64,000 nt of DNA from Gnetum montanum (Eukaryota; Plantae; Gnetophyta). Where the stretch lies: assembly GCA_015680685.1 (NCBI GenBank), contig MNCI01001986.1, forward strand, positions 1-64,000. Reading direction: 5' to 3'. Under the pieces are notes generated by a model that was not told where the DNA came from, did no database searches, and saw nothing but the letters and a program-made list of their open reading frames with translations. Shown in pieces: positions 1-12,902 of the stretch (position 1 is its first letter; each line of letters opens with the position of its first letter). The position numbers were made by a program, and so were the translations under genes.

Positions 1-397
1 TACCCTTGCTAATATATGACTGTGTTGTGTGTGCAGATGGCGATCGTACAAACAACGGATTGGATCTGGAGCAAACACTTGGAATGGAGCAGCGCTGAAG
101 CAGCTATGCAAGGAGCAAGATCGATGGTGTGCTTACGGATGGACAACAAAAGCACAATCTTGGCGTTGGCAGCAGCAACACTTCTTTCTCTCTCTCTTTC
201 TCAGCTGCCAACTAAGGCCTGATGTCATTGTAATAAGGTGTTCACCCTTGTTGTCATGAACACCATTTTTGTCAAGTCTTGTAATGATGATCCGTTCACA
301 TGTCATCCCATTAGTTCCATTTCCCTCAATAATTCCATACCTTCCCGATATTATTGTAAAGAACTTGAGGACGAGTTTTCATTCAGTCATGGGGGTA
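1..397 (+). mobile_element. 3' non-coding internal end of an Athila-like gypsy LTR retrotransposon, ending in a PPT-like tract
   Basis: 237-400 aligns by eye to 28250-28450, the 3' end of the gypsy internal domain (e.g. GAGGACGAGTTTTCATTCAGTCATGGGGGTATCA vs AAGGATGAGTTTTCATTTAGTCACGACGGTATGA). GGGGGTA directly precedes the LTR. Confidence 0.7.
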
Positions 398-1156
398 TCA
401 TGAGATGCGATATGCACAAGCCGCAATATCGCGTCGTCCCCTGCGATATTGCGTACGCGATATCGCGATCCGCTACCAAATCTATAAATAAGAGGTAGCA
501 CTCCCCTTATTTCCCATCCTAGGCTAGAAGTAGGGAAACTTTGGCAAATTGATCACTCCAGAGATAGAATATTTTCCATGTGCCCGTAGTAGGAGTCCCC
601 AAGTGAACGGATCTTTATTCGAGCAACATTGTACCTGAATGTAAGTTGTGTACGGCAATAAAGACGAGCTTTGTGGATAAACCTTGCAGTGCATGGAATA
701 GGATTTATTACTTGTTATTTCTTACTTGTTATTTATTACCTTGCAGTAGCGCGGCATGAGTACGACTTGATTACGAGCATTGACGAATGTGTACGGCTAA
801 TCAAGGAATCGGCTGCTCACCCCAATTAGTCTCTCTCACCCTCAACTCCTAGAATGCGGAATGAGTACAACTTGATTACGAGCATCTACGGATGTGTACG
901 ACTAGTCAAGGAATCGGCTNAACCCTTCACCTCGATAGCATAGGAGAAAAACATTTAAAAGACTATAAAAATCATATACCTCGGACTTACTTAACCATAC
1001 ACCGTGACAACTACAAGTAAGTTTGGGAAGACAACGAATGATTAACCGCAAGTGTTCCATGGGGCGTGTAGGCATTTAGTCTACGGAGTTCGACCGGATC
1101 GCGCGTGCTACGCTCGTTTCGTATGGTTAAGTGTAGGGGTACCTTGCCACTCATCA
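398..1156 (+). mobile_element. 3' LTR of Athila-like element (single N at 920 replaces about 200 bp present in the other copy)
   Basis: Reverse-complement homolog of the solo LTR at 57187-58184. Starts TCATGAG (TGATGAG in the other copy) and ends CTCATCA. GCGATATCGC palindromes precede a TATA box (TCTATAAATA at 481). Contains two copies of a ~58-bp sub-repeat about 105 bp apart. Confidence 0.85.
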
Positions 1157-1164
1157 CTTAGGAA

Positions 1165-3861
1165 TGAGATCATCACAAATTGACCTAGAAATTTTAATTA
1201 AGAAAGATTTTTAGAATTCCATAAAGTACTTCAAGAAATTCCCTAATAAGAAAGCATATTCATTCCTTTAATGGTCATGTTAGATCTATGAAAATGGGAT
1301 ATGATAAGATTCATGGAGGACAAGAATTTGCAGAGTGCAATGATATAAGAGATTTAGTACTACAATTTGCAAGTTCCTATGACCTTGCAATTGCAAATAC
1401 TTATTTCAAGAAGAGGACTAAACATTTAATTACATACAAGAGTGGTATAGATAAAACCCAAATTAATTATTTCTGCTACACAAAAGAAACTAGGCTATGT
1501 GCAAAGACTGCAAGGTCATATTTGGTGAGTGCCTTGCAGCTCAGCATTGACTAATAGTCATGGATTTAGTTATATAGAACCTTTAAAGAGAGTGTAATAA
1601 AAGGAACTAAATGCATAAAATGGTAGAACTTGAAAGAAGATAACATCACCTAATTTAGAGAACCATTACTTCATGAAGGGACTTGGAATTAGAAGTGCTT
1701 TGCAAATTTAATTTGAGGCTAGATGGAAAGTTACATTTAGAAAATTGAAAAGACCATTTTGGGTAAATCACAAAGCAAAAAATACATCCTAAAAGAGACC
1801 TAGTGGTGAGTGATGAAGTGCAACACACTACTCAAAATAAGAAAAAATACTTTAAGGAATCATAGCAAAGTGATAACCAATAAAGTATTCTAATATACAA
1901 AATGACAAAAAGAAGGTAACCATAGTAGTAGCAAAGCTAAAAATAAGGCATTTGATGGCTTTTATGAAAAATTAGAAACAAATGAAAGAGAAAAATCTAT
2001 TTATAAATTGGAAAAAATCAGAAACAAGAAATGTAAAGATATTGATCATGTCTAAGCATCAAGGAAGCAAATTAAAAAAATTTGGTAAAAGACAATGAAA
2101 TCTTGGATAGGTGGAAAAAATATTTTTAAGAATTATTAAATAAAGAATTCCCAAGAGAAAACATCCAAGAAGAAGAATCAAATTTTAGTTTAGTTAATGA
2201 AGTTTCCTTTTCTATGGTGAAGATAGCCTTATCAAAGATGAAAAAAAGAGAAGTTGTTGGACTAGATATATTCCTTATAGAAGCTTAGAAAGCATTGGGA
2301 GATACATGAGCTTTTTGGTTGGCATAATTATTTAACAAAATTTTAACCAAGGGAGACATGCCTAATAATTAGAGAAAAAGCTTTGTTATTTCCATTTACA
2401 AAAATAAAGGAAATGTATAAAATCATGCAAATGATAGATAAATCAAGCTAATGAGTTATACTATGAAGCTTTGGGAGAGAGTCATAGAGCAATGTCTCAA
2501 ACTTGAATCACTAGTATCAGAAAATCAATTTGGATTTATGTTAGGGAGATCTAACATAAAGGCTATTTTTTTAATATGAAAATTCATGGAGAAATTTAAA
2601 AAATATAGAAAAAATATACATATGATCTTCATTGACTTAGAAAAAGCATATGATAGAGTAGTCATCATCATCCTAGCCTTATCCCAACAAAATGGGGTCA
2701 ACTACATGAGTTCTTTTTTACTATTTGCCTCTATGAAGAGCTACACCTTTGTTCATGATAGAGTGCTTATAAATATTATTTGGTGGACCTTGTGGACGAA
2801 AAACATCATTGATAAATATATTAAAGTGATTTAAGACATGTATGAAGGAGCTACCACTAAAATTAGAATAGCTTGTGGAATAACATCTAATTGTGCTAGT
2901 TATAGTAGGTCTATAGTAAGGGTTTGCATTTAGCTTGTACTTATTTGCCATTCTTATGGATGAATTAACAAAGGAAATACAAGATGAAATCCTTTAATGT
3001 ATGCTATTTGCAAATGATATTGTATTGGTGGATATAGCCTAAGAAAAAATTGCTGCTCAAATGGAGAAGTGGAGACATATTCTAGAATTAAAAGGCTTAA
3101 AAAGTAGTAGAAGCAAGACAATGGAGACATTTCTAGAATTAAAAGGCTTAAAAATTAGGAGAAGTAAGACATAATATATGGAATGCCATTTTAATAATAG
3201 CATGAATAGCGGCAAAATATAAGTGACAATGTAAGGCAAAAAAAGTCTCTCACTGCAAACAATTTCTCTACCTAGGATCAATCCTCCAATCAGATGGTAA
3301 AATTGATAAAGATATTAGAAATAAAATTGATGTAGGATGGTTAAAATTGAGATAGGCTAATGGTGTTCTATGTGATAAAAGAATACTAATAAAATTAAAG
3401 GGGAAATTTTATAGGATAAAAATCAGCCTGCTATTTTATATGGTGTTAAATGTTAGGAAGTACAAAAGAGGCATGAACAACAAATTAGTATGATAGAAAT
3501 GGAAATGCTTTAATAGATGTTGAATGTTACTATAAGAGATAAACTACATAATACAAACATTGGAGGGAAACTTGGAGGGGCTTCTATTTTAGATAAGCTA
3601 CAAGAATAGTGGCTTAGATGGTTTGGACATGTGCAAAGAAGATCAAACAGTGAGTTTATAAACAAAGAGTGTTACATCACTATTTTAGGAAAACCATTGA
3701 AAGAAAGACCAAAGAAGACATGGAAAAGAATGATTAAAGATGATTTGAAGAAACTACAAATAAACAAGGATCTAGCTCTTCATAGAGGTAAATGGTGGAA
3801 AAGAACTCATTTAGCTGACCCCATTTTGTTGGGAGAAAGCTAGGATGATGATGATGATGAT
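1165..3861 (+). mobile_element. RTE-clade LINE, 5'-truncated and degenerate (endonuclease + reverse transcriptase)
   Basis: Peptides FNGHV..GYDKIHGG..DLAIANTYFKKR..HLITYKSG (APE), IHMIFIDLEKAYDRV, CMLFANDIVLV (RT), RWFGHVQRR..RPKKTW..ADP. (GAT)6 microsatellite tail at 3844-3861. Many stops and frameshifts. Confidence 0.95.
2660..2754 (-). mobile_element. 95-bp 3'-terminal RTE fragment inserted antisense into the RTE RT domain
   Basis: Reverse complement of the 3770-3860 RTE end including the (TCA)n tail. Flanked by the 10-bp direct repeat ATGATAGAGT (2650-2659 and 2755-2764). Confidence 0.9.
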
Positions 3862-4741
3862 CATAATCTAGAGCTTGTATATTTTTTCTTTGCAAAATGT
3901 TTCAAATTATATTTTATAAACAAAAAATTCTTAATATTTGCATGCATTCAATTCACTTGGTGGTAGATTGGTAAGCATCTAACAAATGAATGAAGAAAAA
4001 TTTGGCAAACTATTTCTTTAGTAGAAAGGTTAAAATTGCAAAGCAAATTTGGACCAAATTTTCATTGGCTATCATAAAATAGTGGTTAAGAAGGTTGGGC
4101 TGTTGGAATTTGGAGATTGGAAATAATTGTAATATAGGTACACCGTAATTAGAACTTTATAAGTCAGCATTACTCACCAAAATTGAACCCATGAGTTAGA
4201 ACTTTCTAATTGAAAGTCCACCAGTAAGTTAATACTTCATTGTTAAGATGTAAGTTAAAACACAGAGCACGTTAAATGTATAGCTAGTAATTTTATTTAC
4301 CAAGAAAAAGATATTCTATTTCACTTAATTTTCAAAAACTTCATCGTACTCCTTACTTGTTAAGCCAAATTGTCAAAATGAACACGAAACATGAAAATTC
4401 GGATTCACTTGGCGTTTTTAATCGAGGACACCAAAGCTTTCAAAAGTTACAGGAATACAAAGGGTTTCCCTATATTCATAAATTCTATTCGTAAATAATT
4501 TGGTAATTTGAAAATTTCATCCCTGTGGAATGGAAAACTAAAACCCTTTTCCCATCATTCAAACGAAAGCTTATTTATGCGAAGAGTAGTCCAGATCAGA
4601 CTCTGGCGGCTTTTTTAAAAATTTGGATCCCTCTCCCCATGTGGCTGGTTTTCCTACGAGTCTTTTTGATTCCAGGTTTTGCAGGATTGCTGCCACATTT
4701 AGGGTTTTGCAAGATATCGTTGTGCAAGCATTTTGGTATTC

Positions 4742-7700
4742 ATGGACGCGTCTTTAGACAGGAAGCTTCTGGTATTCGACTTGAATGGACTGTTTTGCGA
4801 TTCCTTTCGCAGTGGTGATCGTCGCAGACGTCCTGGAGATCGGGCCCCTAATGGCAAAGCTGGGAGAAAAGTTTGTAAGTTTGTTCATTTCCCACGCTCA
4901 GATTTGAATACATTATATATACGTGGATCTTTTCTCACATGACATTGTTCTGAAAGCTTGCATTAATTTTACATTTTGCGATTAATGCTGGCTTGAAATC
5001 ATGCTGTAAGGTTTTAGTTGCTCATAATGTATTTTCGTTTGCAGTGTATGCAAGACCGTGTTGCCGTGAGTTTTTAAAGTTTTGTTTCGATAATTTCGAT
5101 GTAGGAGTTTGGTCCTCTGCCCAAAAGTACGGTTACCAGAAACTTCTTTGAAGTGTTTTTGTGTTTTTTATTTCATAGAGAAAAAAATTTGTTTTTGAAT
5201 GTTTGAACTGCCTTGTGAATGCAGGCAGAATGTGGACATAATGCTGAATCTTTTGTTTGGGGATTTGAAGCACAAATTGTTGTTTGTTTGGGTAAGCTTT
5301 TACCTTTCAGAAGCAAAGTATTTTTTATGAGGTACATGATTTGTGTTTTTTTAGCATGGCTAGGTTTCCTTATCTGTAGGGCATGAATTTTTTCAAAGTT
5401 AATTGAACTAAATATATAGATGAATTTTTTATTTTATATATGTTGATGTTTTTCTTTGGACTAGGGAATAGTTTACTTTGATCTCTATGATTTGAAAGGT
5501 CAATCTTCAAGTCTTACGTCTTTGCTCACTTCAAGCAAGTTTGTTAGGTTCGTTGGGAATTCATTGGTTGGAGTCTCTTGTTAATACTTAGTATTTATGA
5601 AAGTAGTATTTCTGAGTCTCTTATAGTTTGTATTTTCATCGATTTATGGTGAAATGGCAAGAAATAGATAAGCTTTTGTTTAAAGTGCTCCACACAATTG
5701 GGAGCTATTGTTATAAAATCAGAGAAAACCATGACTGCAATGGAAGCATAAATAATTAAGAGAAAATTAATCAACCATCAAAATCCAGTGTAATGAAAGG
5801 CATCACCAGTGTAATGAAAGGCAGCAGAAAAGAAGGTGACTGCGAAGCCCTTGTCATCATCATCATCTTAGCTTTGTCCTAACAAAATGGCTGATCTTCT
5901 TTGTACATGTCCAAACCATTGAAGCTTCCATTCTTGTAGCTTATTAAAAATAGAAGTAACTCCAACCCTTCTTCTGATATCTGTATTATGCAGTTTTATC
6001 TCTTTTAATAACATTCAACATCTATCTAAGCACTCACATTTTTGCCACATTGATTTATTGTTCATGCCTCTTTGCACTGCCCAACATTTAACACCATATA
6101 ACATAGCAGACCTGATTGCTGTCCTGTAAAACTTCTCCTTCAGTTTCTTAAATCCTTATCAGAATATATAACTGTGGTTGCTTGCCCATCAAGCAAGCCA
6201 CTTTCCAATTTATCTCTCAATTTGCTCATGGTTTCTTAGTCCTTTCTAATATCACTTCAGATCTACTTCAGACCTTCTAAATTTCTTTTTCATTGTTCTA
6301 AATCCATCTTCGAGATAGGGACCATCATCTGGAATCATGGTAAGGTGCTCATTCCTCAAGTTGTAAGGCTTGACTTCAAGCTTGGGCATAGCCATTCAAG
6401 AGTTTAGGCTTTTGCTCATTTACTGAACTTCTTGGGACGCTGTCTGATGGGATGAGCATTGAGCCTTTGGGTGGTTTTTAAGTAATTACCAATACTAAAA
6501 ATCTAGCTTCTTTTGATATTCTAGCCTTTTCTAATTGTCACAATTGGCAATACCAGCGACCCATATTTTAATATTTGAAAAGGCTAGCCATATGTGTGTT
6601 GCTATTTCTAATGATCACCCTGCAAACCTGAGAATACACCTCCTTGATTTTTCTATTTTTCAACATTTGCACTATTGAATTTCATGCCACATATGAGTAA
6701 GAATGCAATATATGTGTTGCAATTCATAAACTATATCTGAATGCTAACAAAAAAAGGATAATCACATATAGTGAAAAAGAACTTACTTTTGCAAAACCAT
6801 CACAACAAAAAATTCATCCTGCACTAGAGACAATTCATTCTTATAATGAAACTGTAAAAATACTCTATCTTGCAAAATTAACAAACGCGCAATAAACCGG
6901 TCTTATGAAAACTGGTGATTGATCCATAGAAGCAGTTTGTTTTGCATACAATGATGAAATCATAGGAGTAACTCATCCTATAAAACCAACAACTAACCCA
7001 TAAGACCAATCAATCTTGTGAAAAACAGTGATGAAGCTGCAGAAGCAACTTGTTTGTCCATTCACCTTATCACACATCTGCATGCTAACATGACCTGAGA
7101 TGTTTAATGTATTGCTGCACATCTGCAGCAAATCGTGCATTGAATGTTGAACTTCTGTTGCTGCATACCCAGCTATAAACTGTCACTACAAACCCATGAT
7201 AATGTGTGCACTTGCAAAAAACGAAATACCCACAACTCAGTGGAACTTTCATAGTAAAACAAGCAAAAGCTATGGAAAACCTTACACTTTTACAACCTTA
7301 TGCAGAAACCATCTTATTTTGATACTACCAACATCAATACCTGATCTTGTTGGACATATATGGCTGCACTTTAACTGCAAACCTTTAACATATATCAAAT
7401 CACATATCACAAGATCAGAAGTGCATGCATGCAGACATAATTCAACGAGGCTTGTACTTTACAGTTTTTTCTTTATGTCTTGTCAAAGCAACCCTCTTGG
7501 GACCTTGCCTGATAGGATGAGCATTGAGGCTTTGGGTGAAGATCCTTTCTTGTCAAAGCAACCAAATGCCATGGCTTAGCAAACACTAGGTCAGCTGTTC
7601 AGTTTGCCCCTGAGTTAATTTACAGCCTTGTACTTTGAGAGGGTGGGTAAAATTGAGAGTTATTGGGTTCTTTGCTTGTTGATAGGTGATAACTGTTAGC

Positions 7701-10700
7701 TGCAAGTATTTTACAGAACATCACCATATTAAAGAGGTGATCTTGGTGTCATGCGATTCCAGAGGTCACATTATTTAGTTATGGCCATGATTCCACTAAT
7801 ATGTACTTCAAATGCATCTCATAGGCCTGTCAATTGCACTATAGTATAAACTCACTAGAGGGCATTTCTTAATATGCAAAATGAACTCTCCACTTGTGAA
7901 CATGTTAAAGTTGTTCAACAAGATCTATTCTAATTATGTATTTGCCTCAGCACTCACCGTAATTTCTTGTAGTGGATTCTTACACTGTAAATCTTCATTC
8001 TTCTGCTGTATTATCAATCATTGTATCTATAACTTACTATGACATGCCATCTTGTCCAATTGCTATCCCATTAGAGATACATCCAAAGTCTTAAGTACAT
8101 GTTAAGCAAATACTTTCAGGTTACAGGCTTAAAAGTTATTTTTATTTTTTTAAATAGTGGTTCATGTTGATCTTTTAGAGAGTTGACAACATATTACCAA
8201 TGTTTGAGATGTGGATGAGCTGGTTTTTCAAACAAAAATTTGGGCATACTATTAGTTTTTTGAAAACATATAAAAAAGAATTCATCATCATCATGCTAGC
8301 CTTGTCCTAACAAAATGGGATCAACTACATGCGTTCTTTTTCGCCATTTGCCTCTATGAAGAGCTAGATCTTTGTTTATTTGTAGTTTCTTCAAATCTTT
8401 TTTAATTGTTTTTTCCCATATCTTCTTTGGTCTTCCTTTTGGTGGCTTTCTAAAACATTGATGTAACAACCTTTTCTAAAGGTTCATTGTCTAATCTTCT
8501 TTGCATATGTTCAAACCATTGAAGCTGACATTTTTGTAGCTTATGTGAAATAGAAGCTACCCCAAGTCTTCCTCTAATAGCTATATTATGTAGTTTATCA
8601 CTTTTGATAATATTCAACATCCATCTAAGCATTCACATTTTTCCCACATTGATTTGTTGTTTATGCCTCTTTTGTACTGCCCAACAATCAGCACCATATA
8701 ACATAGCATGTCTGATTGCTACCATGTAAAATTTTCCCTTAAGTTTTATTGGTGTTTTTTTATTATATAGAACATCAGTAGTCTATCTCCATTTTGACCA
8801 TCCTGTCTCAATTCTGTTTCTTATGTCTTTATCAGTTTCACCGTCTGATTAAAGGATTGATCTTGGGTAGTGGAACTGTTTGCATTGAGGCACTTTTTGG
8901 CCTTGAATTGTCAATGGTATTTCAACATTGTTTTTATGCTGTTATTAAAATTGTATTCTATATATTGTCTTACTTTTGCCAATTTTAAAACCTTTTGATT
9001 CTAGAGCATGTTTCCCCTTCTTCATTTTAGAAGCATACACCAAGGGACTTCATTTTGTATTTTCTTTGTTAATGTGTCCATAATAATGGCAAATAAGTAT
9101 GGGCTAAACGCAGATCCTTGATGTAGATCTACTGTGATTGGAAAATTGTAGAAAGTGTTCAAAGATTGGTTCATTGGCATGCTGAGTTTCTTACTACAGT
9201 TCACAGGTTACAATTAAATTGACACTCTTCAATATGTTGCACTATATGTAATTTGGTTAAGAGAGAAAAATTTGGAGTGTGCCTTTTCATGATCAAATAT
9301 TTAAGTCAAGCAAAATTTTTAAGGACCGATTATTATTATTTCATGACCAACATGGGAGTTGGAAAAGAACATAAACAAATGAAACACATTGCAGGAAATC
9401 ATGTTAAATTTTGTAACTAATAAAATCTTATTTACACCTCTTTAATAGGGATTCTTTAATTTTCCATCACCGAATTTCAACTGCAGATTTTGTATTTCAA
9501 GCCGATGATATTGGAGACTCAGCGTTAGACCTGGTATTTAATTTCATATAATCTAGAAATTTCTAGAGGTATCAGACAAGCTTCCAGCTCATTCCAAGTG
9601 GTAATGGCTCAACATGGACGAGGAACACTTGCTTTGGATATTTTAAGAGTCTAAATTTCACAAACATGGTGATACATTCTAAGAGCTGCCTTAGAGAGTC
9701 AGGCAAAGGGTCAACTCCAAATAGCAAAGGAATAAAATTAAAATCTTTTTTAACCTTTAAGATCATATAGTCTCCGTTGATTGCATAATTTATCAAAATG
9801 TAGTTTTGGCTGATTCTGGAGTATGTTTATGCTGCTGCTGATGCCAATACTTTCTTCTGTTGTTTTCCTTTCTTAAGTATCAAAGTAAATGCACAAACAC
9901 AGGATACAAAGTTCCAGGATGCGTGGGAAAGCCTTTGTTTTTGAAAGAGCTATCCAAATTGTGGAACGCAGAGAAGCCAAATGTTCCCTGGGAAAAGGGA
10001 AGATATGGACCAACAAATACTTTGTTGATAGATGATAGCCCATATAAAGCGTTGAGAAATCCTGTGAGTTCCGTAACTTGTTTTAATTCTTTTCAGCAAA
10101 TCTCTTTACGACTGGATGATTTTAAAGAGGCACCTTACTTTGATTGCAGCCATATACTGCAATATTTCCGGCTCCTTACAATGCATCTTTTGATATTCTA
10201 GACAATGAGTTAGGTTGGTGTTGTTTTATTTCTAAATTGTCATAAAACAAATAGTATTATTGTGGTCGGTGCTAATTGTTAATTGATATATTTTTTTCTT
10301 CGCTACCACTTTCATACATTTTCAGGTGCCGAAGGAACTTTGCGATTATATTTGAAAGGATTATTAGCAGCTTCAGATGTACAGAAATACGTGAAAGATC
10401 ATCCATTTGGCCAGGAAGCTATCAGCAATGACCATGAACACTGGCATATCTTCCGTCGTATTGCTACTAATGTACAGAATACTAATGACATTGCAGTTAT
10501 TCGTTCCAAAGACACAGTTCTGGATGTTGCAGCAGCTGATGAAAACAATCCAGCTTCAAAATATAGGAAAATCAATTCCAATGGAACCAAAGAGGTCACA
10601 GATATACCAGTTAGGAATGAAGGAAATGTTACAAAGCCACATGTTGAAGTTAATGGAAATATCGGGCAGCCGTCTGTTGATATTAATGTGAATACGAGAG

Positions 10701-11137
10701 ATCAACATGTTGAAAATAGTATTTCACATTCCAAAAAAAGAAAAAAACTTGGATTTTTTTCTACTAATGTACAGAATACTAATGACATTGCAGTTATTCG
10801 TTCCAAAGACACAGTTCTGGATGTTGCAGCAGCTGATGAAAACAATCCAGCTTCAAAATATAGGAAAATCAATTCCAATGGAACCAAAGAGGTCACAGAT
10901 ATACCAGTTAGGAATGAAGGAAATGTTACAAAGCCACATGTTGAAGTTAATGGACATATCGGGCAGCCGTCTGTTGATATTAATGTGAATACGAGAGATC
11001 AACATGTTGAAAATAGTATTTCACATTCCAAAAAAAGAAAAAAACTTGGATTTTCCGAAGGGTTTCTTCCAAGTGGATTTTTTCTTCGCAGCCTACGCAG
11101 GGCATACAGGAAACGGCAGAGATCTCGAAGATGCTAG
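4742..11137 (+). CDS. FCP1/NIF-homology (HAD superfamily) CTD-phosphatase-like protein, ~447 aa; join(4742-4874,5045-5126,5225-5291,9878-10063,10150-10213,10326-11137)
   Basis: GT-AG introns with consistent phases give one open frame: KLLVFDLNGLFCD / LYARPCCREFLKFCFDNFDVGVWSSAQK / NVD..KHKLLFVW / YQSKCTNTG..KPLFLKELSKLW..PWEKGRYGPTNTLLIDDSPYKALRNP / PYTAIFP..DNELG / AEGTLRLYLKGL..VQKYVKDHPFGQEAI. These are the characteristic motifs of the plant NIF/HAD family. Confidence 0.92.
5854..6165 (-). mobile_element. RTE LINE 3' fragment with internal deletion, in intron 3
   Basis: (TCA)n tail at 5854-5867 followed by the reverse complement of RTE 3' sequence matching the 3370-3860 region. Confidence 0.85.
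8282..9150 (-). mobile_element. RTE LINE 3' fragment in intron 3
   Basis: (TCA)n tail at 8282. Minus-strand peptides FPITVDLHQGSAFSPYLFAIIMD..EVPWCML and MLRWML..LQWFEHMQRR. Confidence 0.92.
10464..11054 (+). repeat. 297-bp in-frame tandem duplication in the last exon of the NIF gene
   Basis: 10464-10757 matches 10761-11054 with one visible mismatch (AAT/CAT, N to H). The 99-aa unit includes KKRKK. Confidence 0.95.
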
Positions 11138-12562
11138 AGCTCGTTATCAGTTTTGTTGTTTTGGTTGTATTAGACAGACATGGTGGAGAACTAGTTTTTT
11201 CTTTTTAGTTTTTTCTGGAGATTTCTCAATTGATTAGCAATTTTCAACTTTTTGCCATAAAAATATTATCGGTGGCCATGTTCTGATAATGCAAAACAAA
11301 TAGAGGACTTAAATAACCATAAATATATGTTGCTTACAAATACAGTGCTGATATTTTTGATTGAGTTTACTTGCTACCTTTTACAGATAAACTCGAGGAC
11401 AGATATTGTCTAACAAGAAGCCTATAATGGCCTACCGGGGTAAAGGACATCGGAATCCGTGAAACATCATGTAATATTTTAATTTCTTTCTTTCTCAATG
11501 CATACATTTGATGTGACGTTCGAGCGAACGTTTTCTTTGTAAGAAATCATTATATAATAATGAGAGCTTGTGGAAGTCTCCATAGCAATAGTAAAGGAGA
11601 TGCTGCTTTGGGATAAAGACGTTTATTTTATTTAGCTTGGAAAGCACGATCTCATCACGTGCTTGATAGGACACATTGCTACTTAAAAATAAACCAAACC
11701 CTCGTAGATCAATCAATGATAATATCATTGAAATAGAAAAAGCCGTGTCATGACTTTCGGAGTCGGTAATGAACTTAGGCTGGAATAAACAGGTTAGATC
11801 CAGACGCATGATCTACCTTTTGGCAAATTCATGAAAGTCATTGAGGTATCTAATAATTAAAGCCATGAAGTTTGGAGTGTTTAACGAATTTGTAACTGAA
11901 CAAGCAAGTCATAAATCATAATTAAAGAAACCCAAAGACCTATAATCTTAGTAGTACCTTTTAAGATTTTATCCCTGGACAACATTCATTTGCAATAATA
12001 ACTTTAAAGACCCAACAGTCCTAACCATAACCAACCTATCTAGCAATTATGTGGGCATGATCTTTCCATCCCAACCACCCCAAAAAAACACTGTGAGTTG
12101 CGTCACCCATCACAGTCAAAAATCTCAACAAAAAATCTCCCAATTGATTTGTCTGAAATCATGCCATCAAATCTTATGCAAGCTAAGGTAAGGTGGTGGT
12201 GCTTGTCAGGGTCCTAAACCAGACCCATCATGGTCCACAATCCCTACACACAGTGTTGCAACCTCGGACAATTTCCCTAACCCCCAAACTCAATATCATT
12301 CAATTCCAAAGTCACCATCATCATCCAAGAAAAAAAACATAACATACAGCGCAACCCAACCCGAAACCAAACCACACCACACCACACCCAACCAAAGCTG
12401 TCATTTCCATTTGGCAAAACAAGAACAGCACCTATTACAAACACCAAGCCACGGGTTCGATTCCCCACACGAACAGCAACAACATCCATCACCGCCCAAC
12501 ATAAACAAACACTAACTAGCCTTCAACAAAAACAACGCCCCGCCCCCCGCGACACGTCGCAT

Positions 12563-12870
12563 CACGTGGCATTAACGCAGCAAAAGGAATTTGTTGGCAA
12601 ACCAACGAGAGAGAGAGAGGGAGGGCGGTGGAGGCATATTAAGGAATATGATCGCATATTCAGCGTCTCTCGACCCGAGCCTGGCAGTCCCAGTTGCAGG
12701 AGCGGTGGTAGTGGTGTGTGTTTTTTCACCGCGACGCGGCCGTGGGTGAAAAAATGTTTCACGGTACGGTAGAGCCTCGCCGACACGCGTGGGGGTGCAG
12801 GCGTGGTCCCCAGCGCGCGGTCACGTGGCGCCAGGTTCGCCCATGTGACCCTGCGAGGTGCTAATATAAG
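12563..12870 (+). promoter_or_regulatory. GC-rich proximal promoter of the F-box gene with ABRE/G-box, CE3-like and TATA-like elements
   Basis: CACGTGGC at 12563 and 12822, ACGCGTGG at 12785, TAATATAAG at 12862, inside a CpG-rich island followed by microsatellite-rich leader sequence. Confidence 0.55.
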
Positions 12871-12902
12871 CGTCCCGCGCGCCGCGCACTATAGCGCTGC
12901 AG

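Noticed and set aside
6430-7579. 127-aa ORF 7196-7579, a faint PPR-like LLDIYGC peptide and a ~45-bp dispersed repeat (6430/7493) in intron 3
   Set aside because: No sustained homology recognisable; cannot support a gene or element call.
10399-11237. Alternative-frame and antisense ORFs duplicated in the NIF last exon
   Set aside because: By-products of the 297-bp duplication; no independent coding evidence.
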